A stretch of DNA of 63,707 nt, filler included, from Candidatus Hydrogenedentota bacterium (GTDB lineage Bacteria > JBFMHD01), in NCBI GenBank assembly GCA_040752395.1. It is 4 parts of 4 records of this genome, joined end to end, with 100 filler letters (N's around TTAATTAATTAA, not from the genome) between each part and the next. Parts side by side here need not be neighbours in the genome. Positions count along the whole stretch, not along the records: positions 16,611 to 32,976 come from JBFMHD010000040.1; 3 more parts are not named here. One strand, 5' to 3'. How positions within the stretch are numbered: the stretch's first letter is position 1; each line of letters starts with the position of its first letter. The position numbers were made by a program, and so were the translations under genes. This document shows, in pieces, positions 19,826 through 29,230 of the stretch. The notes under the pieces were generated by a model. That model worked only from the letters and a program-made list of their open reading frames with translations, did no database searches and was not told the origin of the DNA.

Positions 19826-21388
19826 ATGAGACGATACCAGTGGATTATCTCAATAATATTAGTTCTTGGTATTATAATTCTTATAAATATTTTAGGGGGT
19901 GAGTATTTTTTTAGAATAGATTTAACAGAAAATAAAGAATATACGTTATCTTCTTCATTTAAAAAAATCATAACATCAACAAAAGACAGGGTTATAATTA
20001 AAGCATATTTTACAGAAGACCTGCCATTTTATTTTGCAGGTATAAAACAAAGGGTTCGTGATTTTTTAGAAGAGGTAAGGATATTATCTAAAGGTAATAT
20101 AACCTATACTTTTATTGACCCGTCAAAAAATACCGAGTATCAAAGCCAGGCAAATTCATCAGGCGTACCTGAAGTCGCAGTCAATTATATTGATAGAGAT
20201 AAAGCCGAGATAAAGAAGGTTTATTTCGGGCTTTGTATGCATTATGAGGATAGACGCGAAGCGATACCGGTTATCAGAGATGTTGAGGGGATCGAATATG
20301 AGTTTGCAATATCTTTAACGAGATTGTTACAGACCGAGAAACCCAAAGTATCGTTTCTTACAGGCGTTAAACAAGAAGATATAGAATATGAGGATATCCA
20401 GGGACTGGTTGAAGAATTAAGTAAAACATATACAATAAACTGGACATCGCCGGAAAGTAAGATTGATAAAAAGGTTAAAACCTTAGTTGTAATCAAAAAT
20501 AAGGATATCACTGACAAAACATTATTTAATATTGACCAGTTTATAATGGAAGGAGGTAATGTTATTTTTTGTGTATCAGGGATGGATGGTCCACCGCAGA
20601 ATATTTTTGCATCAAGAACCGAGAATAAATTGCAGGGGTTGTTAGAATACTATGGGATAAAAGTTAATAATAATTATATTGTTGACAAATCCTGTGTTCC
20701 TGTCTCGTTTTATGCAGGATATTTTAGTGTGACTGTAACTTATCCGTTTTATATAAAGATAATACCAACTTTTAATGATAAAGCGTGGGGGTTTAATAAA
20801 AGTGTTGCCTCAGTATCAGGACTTGAGTCCCTGATACTGCCCTGGGTTTCATCAGTTACTACCTCGGATACAGAATTACTGACTGATGTGCTTGTTTACT
20901 CAACGCCTTATGCAGATGCGATGGCAGGCTTTGTTAATTTAAATTATCAGCAGGATTTTAATCTTGAATTAAAAGAAGATACTTATGCGCTTGGACTTAT
21001 TTGTCGTGGAAGGGTTAGCTCGTATTTCAAAGACAAGGAGAATATTTACAATATACCAGTTGATGATTATAAAAATAAAAAAGATTGTTCAGAAACTACA
21101 AATATCGTGGTTATAGGTACCGAGCATTTTATTCTTGATAGGATTATTAAAATGTATAATGAGAATTTATATTTTATTAACAATATTATAGACCAGCTTA
21201 CACTTGGTTGTGACCTTATTTCTATAAGGTCTAAACAGATTGTAAATAGACCAATCAAAGAATTAGAAGAGAAAGAAAAAAATATTATAAAATATTCGAA
21301 TATGATAGGGGTACCATTGTTAATAGTTGTGGCTGGTATAATGAGATATATTTTAAGAAAAATAAGGGTTAGAAAGAGCAAAATATGA
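19826..21388 (+). CDS. GldG-like ABC auxiliary protein
   Basis: RIDLTENKEYTLS, IDQFIMEGG, IRSK..RP, terminal TM segments. Confidence 0.82.
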   Translation: MRRYQWIISIILVLGIIILINILGGEYFFRIDLTENKEYTLSSSFKKIITSTKDRVIIKAYFTEDLPFYFAGIKQRVRDFLEEVRILSKGNITYTFIDPSKNTEYQSQANSSGVPEVAVNYIDRDKAEIKKVYFGLCMHYEDRREAIPVIRDVEGIEYEFAISLTRLLQTEKPKVSFLTGVKQEDIEYEDIQGLVEELSKTYTINWTSPESKIDKKVKTLVVIKNKDITDKTLFNIDQFIMEGGNVIFCVSGMDGPPQNIFASRTENKLQGLLEYYGIKVNNNYIVDKSCVPVSFYAGYFSVTVTYPFYIKIIPTFNDKAWGFNKSVASVSGLESLILPWVSSVTTSDTELLTDVLVYSTPYADAMAGFVNLNYQQDFNLELKEDTYALGLICRGRVSSYFKDKENIYNIPVDDYKNKKDCSETTNIVVIGTEHFILDRIIKMYNENLYFINNIIDQLTLGCDLISIRSKQIVNRPIKELEEKEKNIIKYSNMIGVPLLIVVAGIMRYILRKIRVRKSKI

Positions 21389-22323
21389 AGAGTCGTGAAT
21401 TAAACAGGATAAAGATACTTTTTATTATATTTGTAATACTTTTTGGTGGCGTGCTTTTTGTAAAATTGAATAAAAAAGAATATATAAATCCGGATTATGC
21501 AAAAAAAATATTAGAAAAAATATCGGCTTTTACTGAAACAGAAACTCTTAAAATAACATTTGTAAATCAATATGATTCTAAAATTATTATTGTTCGACAA
21601 AATGATAATTGGGTTATACGTGATAAAGAAAATTACCCTGTTGAAAAAGAAAGTATAAAGAATTTCTTTATTGAGTTAGAGAAGATAAAAAGAGGGGATC
21701 TGGTATCAGAAAAAAAAGAGAATTTTTACAAATATGAGCTGGAAGAAACACAAGTCACCAGCATAATATTAGAATCAGCTAAAGATAAAATACACGTGAT
21801 TGTGGGTAAGAGAGGTTCGTATGCAGGAAGTAATTATATTAGAATAAAAGAAGAACCCTATGCGCTTTTGGTACCCTCTTCCTTGAAAATGTTTACTGAT
21901 AAAACTTTGAGAGAGTGGTATAAAAAACAGATAACCGATTTTAACCCCAGAGAAATAACTGAATATAAATTATCAAAAGATCAAAAAGAGATATTTTATT
22001 CAATAAGAATGGATACAGGATGGAACATAGTAGTGAACGAGGTTAAAAAAGATACTCAATCATTACAGGTCGCTATTGAGGCTTTATCTTTATTAAGAGC
22101 TATGGATGTTTATGTAGGAGATGAACTATCATTAACTGAAGCAGAACTTGATAAACCTTTATACACGATTCAATTTAAATCTGTTGCTGGCAGAGATACT
22201 ATATATATAGGAAAAGAAATAGAAACAGTGCGATATATAAAGCTTGATAGTATAAAAAACATTATATTTAAGGTCTCTAATTATACAATAAAACAGATTA
22301 TCCTTAAAGAAAATCCCCGATAA
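21385..22323 (+). CDS. DUF4340-like membrane-anchored protein
   Basis: N-terminal TM and duplicated domain; usual fourth gene of Gld-like ABC operons. Confidence 0.65.
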   Translation: MKSRELNRIKILFIIFVILFGGVLFVKLNKKEYINPDYAKKILEKISAFTETETLKITFVNQYDSKIIIVRQNDNWVIRDKENYPVEKESIKNFFIELEKIKRGDLVSEKKENFYKYELEETQVTSIILESAKDKIHVIVGKRGSYAGSNYIRIKEEPYALLVPSSLKMFTDKTLREWYKKQITDFNPREITEYKLSKDQKEIFYSIRMDTGWNIVVNEVKKDTQSLQVAIEALSLLRAMDVYVGDELSLTEAELDKPLYTIQFKSVAGRDTIYIGKEIETVRYIKLDSIKNIIFKVSNYTIKQIILKENPR

Positions 22324-22431
22324 TATTACAATTACATCGAATAATATCCAGTAATTAATAGGTATAAACAAATCTTTTATAAATGACGATAATATTAATG
22401 TAGGGTATCCTATCACTTAGCGACATTATTT

Positions 22432-22567
22432 CGAATGTCGAATTGCAAATTGAAGTTAGAGGCACAGAGGCACAAAGGTAGAAAGAAGACAGGAGACAGA
22501 AGACAGAGGCACAATGTAGTGAGGGTCACAAGACCCGTAGTAGGCAAATAAATTTACAATTTGCAAT
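22432..22567 (+). repeat. Mosaic heptamer repeat copy (AATTGC outer arms, GGCACAG, GAGACAG, GGGTCACAAGACCC hairpin)
   Basis: Modules shared with 26030-26186. Confidence 0.85.
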
Positions 22568-22599
22568 GGAGTGAAGGACAATAGGGAGGAGGTGTTAAA

Positions 22600-22863
22600 A
22601 TGGACTTCAATATCAATAATCCAAATTATTCAATAAACTCTGATATATCCAATCAATATTTGCAGATAAATGAAGGATCTAATAAAGATAATAAAGAGGA
22701 AAAGAAATACGAAGTAAAGGATGTTGAAGTTTCCGAGGAATTTAAAGTTAACCCCGAAGATTTAGTTATAAAAGAGAGCGTAGTAAGAAATATAATTAAT
22801 TTAGCAGCTCATATTCCGCCTGAAGAAAATAAAGATAATAAAAGTGTAGATATTTTCAGTTAA
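22600..22863 (+). CDS. Small acidic hypothetical protein
   Basis: Strong GGAGGAGG RBS, 87 aa. Confidence 0.6.
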   Translation: MDFNINNPNYSINSDISNQYLQINEGSNKDNKEEKKYEVKDVEVSEEFKVNPEDLVIKESVVRNIINLAAHIPPEENKDNKSVDIFS

Positions 22864-22929
22864 GATTAATTGCTGTAGGGGGCTGGGGGCCCGGCTTAAT
22901 GTTTGCTCTACTTCGAGATATCTGCGGAA

Positions 22930-23622
22930 TTAATAAGAAAACTTACCTACCTCTACCTTACTTTCCTGATATTCAATAATTCTTGGGCCATCATTTGTCT
23001 CAATAAAGATTACCTGAATACAGTTTTTAGGTTCAGATATGACGAGTAATTTGTTTCCATCAGGTGATATACCAAACCCTGCTTTGCCTGTGAAATCACC
23101 CTGTATCACTTTAATGACTTCATAATCTTTTGTTTTATCTTTAACTGGTTTAGCTATAAACAATTTTGAGAGATTATTTTCGCTAAAATGTACAGCTATT
23201 AGCGAGGAGCCTTCTTTTATCTTTTCTGGAGTCAGTGGTTTATCACTCAGATAGCTATTAATTATCTCTTCTATATTTTTTATTTTTTCTTCTTTTATTA
23301 TATCATATCTTGTAGGAACTCCACCAAATGCTTTAACGACATCAGGGTCAGAGGCTGCTTCGAGTGGGAGCATTTCTTTTCTTTCAATAACCTCGAGATA
23401 TTTTATTTCGGTATCAGAAATCCATGAGGGTTCAGTTCTTGTTATAGTAGTTGTAATGGTAGTATCGTACTCTTCAGGAGCAAAGATGATATATATAAGA
23501 AATACCAATCCCACAGCTATTATTGCTGCTATGATAATGTAAATAATTGAAGATTTTTTTTCTTTTTCCGGTTCTTGTTGTTCGGGTGTTTGAGAAACCT
23601 GTTCTTTAATTTCTTCTGGCAT
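22930..23622 (-). CDS. Membrane-anchored hypothetical protein
   Basis: Single TM, Thr-rich linker, RBS from the repeat terminus. Confidence 0.7.
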   Translation of the reverse strand: MPEEIKEQVSQTPEQQEPEKEKKSSIIYIIIAAIIAVGLVFLIYIIFAPEEYDTTITTTITRTEPSWISDTEIKYLEVIERKEMLPLEAASDPDVVKAFGGVPTRYDIIKEEKIKNIEEIINSYLSDKPLTPEKIKEGSSLIAVHFSENNLSKLFIAKPVKDKTKDYEVIKVIQGDFTGKAGFGISPDGNKLLVISEPKNCIQVIFIETNDGPRIIEYQESKVEVGKFSY

Positions 23623-23631
23623 AATTAAATA

Positions 23632-23913
23632 CCTCCTCTGAAAAACGCTGTAACTCTAATAATTCGGGGTACAGGCTACGGACTACGGACTACAGCCGGC
23701 TGGAGCCAAAAGCCAAAAGCCTGCTGAAAAGTCTTGAGTCTCGAGACCTGTTTTGACTCACGACTTGCGACTCACGACTCTTTTCATATCATCTTTAGTT
23801 TTTCATATATTGTGTAGAGCGCAAACCGCGCTCATGAGTACCACTTTGAAAAACTTTGTAACTCTAATAATATCAAGTAGAGGCAAGAAGCAAGATATGA
23901 CAAGTTAAAAGTA
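23632..23913 (-). repeat. Mosaic heptamer repeat copy containing two terminal modules (T-B-C-D-T-A)
   Basis: GAAAAAC..TGTAACTCTAATAAT at about 23640 and again at about 23848. Confidence 0.92.
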
Positions 23914-23945
23914 GAGATTAAATAAATTGTAATATTTTTATAAAT

Positions 23946-25295
23946 TTAATCAAGAACTTTTATTAAAAAAAATCTTGAGTTTTGATATACGATTTTATCT
24001 TTAAAAAATTTTAGTACCGGGCTTGTATCATAAAGAATAAGCAAATCAACAGGGTATCCGTATATAAGTCCTGGCCATTCTTCGAAAAAATAATAGATTC
24101 TGACATAATCTTTCATCAATTTTTCGCCATATAAATCAGCCCTGCCATCAATAAAGACCCTCTTTTGAGGATGAAATTGAAAGATAAGAAACCCACAAAG
24201 ACCATAATCTGAAAATATATTTTCTCCAGGGGTTTCACGCACCTTTTGAATAAATTCGTTTGGGGGATAATAATATGGATTATATGAGTAAGTGTTAAAA
24301 CTTAAAATAACAGCAATGATAAAAGAGATAAGAAAAAAGATGCTCGGGTTATGAGTAATTTGATTAATCCTATCCGTAACCTTGAAATACTCTCTGTCTG
24401 GTAAAAAATTTAAGATAAAAATATAACAACACGCGGCAAATGGTAGGTGTCGGACTGATGTTATACCAAGATAGATTGTTAAAATGGTGATTACAAAAAG
24501 AGGTAGAAAGTTTTTTAATCTCTTAATATTTATTAAATAGAAAACAAAGATAAAAACAGAGATTATGTAAAAATATGGATACTCTTTAAAAGTTGTAGGA
24601 AACCATTCCATTATGAAAGTAGAATGTATTGTCTTACCCACATACTGGAAAGGATAGATATATAATGAAAGAAAATGGGGATTTATAATGGGGCTAAGAA
24701 ATGAGAGTAAATAGATAACAAGGGGCTTTAGTTTGAGTTTCCTTTGTAATAAATCATAACCTCCATAGACCGCTATGACCACAAGTCCTAAAATAAAACT
24801 GCCATGTATATTAGCCCATAGAAGTGTTATTACGGGAAGCGAGGTTATTTTTCTTATTTCAAGAAGAAATAGTAATAAAAAGAAGAGATAAAATGATATA
24901 AGATGTGGTCTTAAAGTAAAGGTTCTCCCAGCTAAAAGAAGCCATAATAAAACAGCGACTGCTACAATAAGTTTATCTTTTTTTCGAAAAAGGATAAAGA
25001 TTAAGGCGGGGATGCCGGTGATAAGCAATGATTTAAAAAGAATCAAAAGTTTATAGCCACCGATTTTATATAAAGAATATACAATGATACCAAAAAACGG
25101 CTCATGATAGAGCCAGTCAGCGCCATATTTTGTAAAGGAGAATATATCTTTGTATAACATCTTTAAAGAAGTGATTATTTCGCGGCCAGCTGCTAAATGC
25201 CAGAAAAGGTCACAAGCCTCAAGGGGTTTGATTGATATTATAAGAACAAGGGAGAGTATAAGTTGAGATATATCAGGGAAAAAGTATTTTTTCAT
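23946..25295 (-). CDS. Polytopic membrane protein, GT-C-like
   Basis: DLFWHLAAG, LRPHL, LWANIHGSF, INP, IMEW, FIDGRADLY. Confidence 0.7.
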   Translation of the reverse strand: MKKYFFPDISQLILSLVLIISIKPLEACDLFWHLAAGREIITSLKMLYKDIFSFTKYGADWLYHEPFFGIIVYSLYKIGGYKLLILFKSLLITGIPALIFILFRKKDKLIVAVAVLLWLLLAGRTFTLRPHLISFYLFFLLLFLLEIRKITSLPVITLLWANIHGSFILGLVVIAVYGGYDLLQRKLKLKPLVIYLLSFLSPIINPHFLSLYIYPFQYVGKTIHSTFIMEWFPTTFKEYPYFYIISVFIFVFYLINIKRLKNFLPLFVITILTIYLGITSVRHLPFAACCYIFILNFLPDREYFKVTDRINQITHNPSIFFLISFIIAVILSFNTYSYNPYYYPPNEFIQKVRETPGENIFSDYGLCGFLIFQFHPQKRVFIDGRADLYGEKLMKDYVRIYYFFEEWPGLIYGYPVDLLILYDTSPVLKFFKDKIVYQNSRFFLIKVLD

Positions 25296-25360
25296 TCAAT
25301 ATTATTATTTACTTAAAATTTAATATTGCAAGAAAATTTTAAAGTGTAGTATACTGATCA

Positions 25361-25452
25361 AGAGTTCGAAGCTCGGAGTTTGGAGTTAGTATTACGGGCT
25401 TCTAACTTCGAAAAATACGAACCCTGAACTTCGAACTCCGAACTTCTGACTT
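25361..25452. repeat. Heptamer-armed palindrome (GAGTTCG versus CGAACTC)
   Basis: 7-nt periodic AGTT/AACT cores. Confidence 0.75.
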
Positions 25453-25474
25453 TTTTCTTAGGGGAAGAATTATT

Positions 25475-26014
25475 TTGACTACATATCCAGGTGATGATAG
25501 ACGCGAGGAAATAAGATATAAATGCTTGATACCGGTTGAGGTATGGGTTGAGGATGGTAATATTGCTGCTGTGCTTAATGAATGTATTATGGTCGATATA
25601 AGTGATAATGGTATGCGCATATCAACTAAAACTGATTTTTCGCCTGTTCCGATTGGAATCTTTATGGGCCAGATTTTTAGAATAGCTGTAATGCATCAGA
25701 AGACAGGCGTTTTTACTGCATGGTGCAGACCCGTATGGGTTCAGAAAAAAGAGAAGATTTTTGAGATGGGGCTTGTGATACTTAGAATGGAAAAAGAATC
25801 AAGGGACGTTCATAGAAAATTAGTAGATTATCTTGCAGAGGAACAAATCCTGAAAACAGAGATAAAAATAATAGATAAACTTAAAAAACAGTTTGAAAAT
25901 TATTACTTAAAATACAGACTGGTTATTAAAAAAAAGAGGATAAAGGCACTGGTTATAATTATATTGAGTATGATTATAGTACTTTTGCTTTTAAAATCAG
26001 TAGCTATTATTTAG
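25475..26014 (+). CDS. PilZ-domain protein with C-terminal TM
   Basis: RREEIR (RxxxR) and DISDNG (DxSxxG). Confidence 0.75.
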   Translation: MTTYPGDDRREEIRYKCLIPVEVWVEDGNIAAVLNECIMVDISDNGMRISTKTDFSPVPIGIFMGQIFRIAVMHQKTGVFTAWCRPVWVQKKEKIFEMGLVILRMEKESRDVHRKLVDYLAEEQILKTEIKIIDKLKKQFENYYLKYRLVIKKKRIKALVIIILSMIIVLLLLKSVAII

Positions 26015-26029
26015 TAACCCATTAGTTAA

Positions 26030-26186
26030 AGAAAGATAACGAAAGAAGCAAGAAGCACAAAGGCACAAAGGCACAGAGGCACAGAGGCACAGAGTAGTGA
26101 TGGTCACAAGACCCGTAGTAGACTGAGGGGATATCAAAAAGCAAGAGGCAAGATAGGTGTTCGAATTGCAAATTGGAAATTGCAAA
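26030..26186 (+). repeat. Mosaic heptamer repeat copy filling the intergenic space before dprA
   Basis: AAGATAACGAAAGAAGCAAG, (GGCACA[A/G]A)n, GGTCACAAGACCC, (AATTG)n. Confidence 0.88.
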
Positions 26187-27266
26187 ATGAATGAGAGAGA
26201 GGCTTTAATACTTTTAAATTTAGTCGATGGTTTTGGACCTGTTCGGATATCAAAAGCACTTGAATCTTTCAGGGATATAACAAGGATATTTACAGCTAAA
26301 CGAGATGAGTTATTAAATATCCCTGGCTGGAATAATGCAGTTGTTGAAAATTTCAAGAAAATAGATTTTAGCTTGCTTGAGAAAGAAAAAGAGAACATTA
26401 ATAGATATAAACTTAAGTATTTAACAATCCTTGATAAAGAGTATCCGGAAGTACTTAAAAAGATATATGACCCGCCTGTAATTCTTTATTATAAAGGTGA
26501 TATAGAAAAACTAAAAGAGAGATGCATAGGGATAGTAGGATCAAGAAGATGCTCGAATTATGGCGCACACATAGCTTTTAAATTTGCTTCTGAACTTGGA
26601 ACCCTTGGGTTTAGTATAGTCTCAGGTTTTGCGCGCGGCATCGATACAATGGCGCACAGGGGTGCTCTCAAAACAGTTGGTGGGACGATTGCGGTATTAG
26701 GCTCGGGATTTAAAAAAGTGTATCCTGAACTGAATCGTGATTTAATAGATGAGGTTATTAAAAATAATGGGCTTATCATCTCTGAATTCGGGATAGATGT
26801 CCATGCTGATAAATCAACCTTTCCGAGAAGAAACAGGATAATAAGTGGGTTGGCTGTCGGCGTTGTAATTGTTGAAGCGACTATTATTAGCGGGTCTCTT
26901 ATAACCGCAAGATATGCGCTTGAGCAGGGTCGTGAAGTATTCGCTGTGCCAGGACCTGTTAACAGCCCATTATCACAGGGAACGCATCAACTTATAAAAG
27001 AGGGTGCAACACTTGTTGAGAAAACTGATGACATACTTGAGACATTCGGATTAGGTTTAAGGTTTAGACAGGAGAAAATACCTAAAGTAGAGCTCGGTGA
27101 AAAAGAAGCTAATGTTTATAAGTTTTTATCATACAGACCCATTCATATTGAAGAACTTATTGCAAAGACAAAACTTAGATTTCCTGAGGTCGCAGGTATT
27201 CTTGTTAATCTTCAGATAAAATCACTTATTCAACAGCTTCCAGGTCAGTATTACGCATTGAAATAA
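26187..27266 (+). CDS. dprA: DNA-processing protein DprA
   Basis: IVGSR, IVSGFARGID, FPRRNRIISG, SGSLITA; start moved past the repeat. Confidence 0.95.
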   Translation: MNEREALILLNLVDGFGPVRISKALESFRDITRIFTAKRDELLNIPGWNNAVVENFKKIDFSLLEKEKENINRYKLKYLTILDKEYPEVLKKIYDPPVILYYKGDIEKLKERCIGIVGSRRCSNYGAHIAFKFASELGTLGFSIVSGFARGIDTMAHRGALKTVGGTIAVLGSGFKKVYPELNRDLIDEVIKNNGLIISEFGIDVHADKSTFPRRNRIISGLAVGVVIVEATIISGSLITARYALEQGREVFAVPGPVNSPLSQGTHQLIKEGATLVEKTDDILETFGLGLRFRQEKIPKVELGEKEANVYKFLSYRPIHIEELIAKTKLRFPEVAGILVNLQIKSLIQQLPGQYYALK

Positions 27267-27271
27267 GACAG

Positions 27272-27364
27272 TTATTTTTCAGTTTCTGACATCCCACTTA
27301 AAACAGCAATGTCTTTCAGATTCTTTTCCTGATGTTTTTCAATATAAATCTGTTTTCTTATCAT
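27272..27364 (-). pseudogene. Truncated RHH/CopG-type antitoxin remnant
   Basis: GGAGG RBS; MIRKQIYIEKHQEKNLKDIAVLSGMSETEK*. Confidence 0.5.
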
Positions 27365-27672
27365 ATGGCTTACCTCCATTATCCAACGATTAATAATATA
27401 CATTATATTATACATCACTATTATTAATATGTTGATATTGTTCTGCATATTTTTGGTATTCCCTAAAGTTTCTGGTCATGGGCGGTAGCATTGCAAGTGC
27501 CAAAAATTGTCTAAAAAATGTCTTGATAGACGTGGAGCACTACAGGTCAAAAAATGGCGATTTTAGGGGTTAAAATTTTGAAGTTGGGTTAAATTAAAGG
27601 CTTATCTTATGCACAAAGATTTGATAATGTGCCTGGTTATACCTGTACCTGACGGTTATAATTTTTCAACTA

Positions 27673-28002
27673 TTAGGCAATTTTTAAGCCGCTTCTCTTG
27701 ATATGATAATACAGTGGCTGCGAAGAATTGAAATCAGCCGGCGTAAATGGGAGTGGTTCTATACGAACGTCAATATGTCTTCTTAATTTAAGAAGCAATG
27801 TAATATCTTTAAACCAGTCACCGGAAAAAGAATCAGAAATAATAGCTACATCAATATCGCTGTCCGCGGATGCACTCTTTTTTACGTACGAGCCGTACAG
27901 ATAAGCATCACATATATTTATGTTATTTTTTCGAAGTTCGTGAATATAGTTACGTACAGTTATTAGAATATCTTTTTCTACTGAATTTCTTTTTTTAACC
28001 AT
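27673..28002 (-). CDS. MNT nucleotidyltransferase antitoxin
   Basis: AYLYGSY..SDIDVAIIS, IEP. Confidence 0.85.
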   Translation of the reverse strand: MVKKRNSVEKDILITVRNYIHELRKNNINICDAYLYGSYVKKSASADSDIDVAIISDSFSGDWFKDITLLLKLRRHIDVRIEPLPFTPADFNSSQPLYYHIKRSGLKIA

Positions 28003-28024
28003 GTTATAAATACCGATGTTTTAT

Positions 28025-28366
28025 TCAGATATTTTTTGTAAATGTCTTTGTGCACTTTTTATAAAAACGAAATTTTGCATCGGGATAACGGCACGAAATA
28101 TTAAACGTTGTTAGTTCATCAAGGAATTCAATCTGTTTTTCCGTTAACGTGAGGCCACATTTCTTCGTAAGTAAAACAAGGCCGTGTTTATAAGGAACCT
28201 CAGGGTCTATATATTTTGAGTAGTATGACTTTAAGAGTTTTTCTACGGCTAAATGCGCCATAAAAAGAGACCAGTGATACTCTTTTATTTTAAATAAACG
28301 CTTTGCAGACTTAAAATCTCTGTTAGCCGATTTCAGCCAATAGATATATACATTCTTTGCATTCAT
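28025..28366 (-). CDS. HEPN-domain protein, probably frameshifted near the 3' end
   Basis: HLAVEKLLK, H.L, RYPD; one extra A in the A6 run restores ..KKYLNKTSVFITWLKKEIQ*. Confidence 0.78.
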   Translation of the reverse strand: MNAKNVYIYWLKSANRDFKSAKRLFKIKEYHWSLFMAHLAVEKLLKSYYSKYIDPEVPYKHGLVLLTKKCGLTLTEKQIEFLDELTTFNISCRYPDAKFRFYKKCTKTFTKNI

Positions 28367-28683
28367 AATAAAAAGGTTACCATAGTAAAATGGTGGGAGT
28401 CAATCTCTTTTTTACTGGATAACATATAATATTTTTCCTGATTGGATGCAAACCTTCATCTGGAAACAAGATTCTACAATGGCACAATAATCTTATTTCC
28501 TATACTTCACGCTCTGATGAATAACCGCTACGGCTGAAAAATGATTCCATTTTACCACTCGCACTCCAATTTGATGGAATACTGATGCTTATGGTGTCAT
28601 CTATACCAACAAGCGTGGCCGTGCCACTCCTGTGGAATTTATATATGCTTTTTTTACAGGTCTCTTTTAAAAGTTGTTTTTTC

Positions 28684-28938
28684 AGGCACAAAGGCACAAA
28701 GTTTTTTGAGGCTCTATTATTACGAACTTCTAAGTTCTAACTCCTATCTTTTTCATACTTTGTGTAGAGCGCAAAAACCCAAAAACGCAATAACGCAATA
28801 ACCCAATAACCCAATAGTGTAGAGCGCAACCCGCGCTCATGAGTACTCCTTTGAAAAACATTGTAGCTCTAATAATATCAAGTAGAAGCAAGAAGCAAGA
28901 AGCAAGATAATGAAAAAAGTAAGAAGTAAGAAGTGAGA
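28684..28938 (-). repeat. Mosaic heptamer repeat copy (GGCACAA, CCAATAA run, D-T-A modules)
   Basis: TGTAGAGCGCAACCCGCGCTCATGAGTACTCCTTTGAAAAACATTGTAGCTCTAATAATATCAAG. Confidence 0.92.
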
Positions 28939-29117
28939 ATAACTGCACACCTATCACCAAACACCGAACATAAGAACCCCACTACAAGACAGGTGGGATA
29001 CGATTTAGCTATTAGATTTATTATTAGAAAAAAAGTCCAAAAAAAATATTAGAAAATTTTGTTGACAAGAGAAGGGATTTTATCTTTTAAGTATGTTTCA
29101 GGTTTTATAAAGAGTAA

Positions 29118-29207
29118 GAACCTGTGAAAAAATTGTATTATTTTTAACAGATTATTAAAAATGGATTTTTTGACCATTACTACATTTAATATATTTTTTA
29201 CAGGTTC
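29118..29207. mobile_element. 90-bp MITE with 14-bp TIRs and TAA target duplication
   Basis: TAA|GAACCTGTGAAAAA...TTTTTTACAGGTTC|TAA; the TIR recurs at gap edge 34658-34671. Confidence 0.7.
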
Positions 29208-29230
29208 TAAGTGAAAAGGAGAATTGATAA

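Noticed and set aside
18120-22323. Gld-like ABC operon as evidence of gliding motility
   Set aside because: This four-gene module is widespread in non-gliding bacteria, and no other gliding or T9SS genes are visible
22873-22927. GC-rich patch between convergent genes as an ncRNA
   Set aside because: Short, matches no family I recognise, and is most simply a terminator-like hairpin
28730-28960. ORFs 14849-15049, 28730-28960, 34138-34377, 46699-46902 and the N-terminal extensions of HicB and DprA (LLLDII..TMFF.G peptides)
   Set aside because: Translations of the repeat in inconsistent frames and strands; no evidence of a conserved protein
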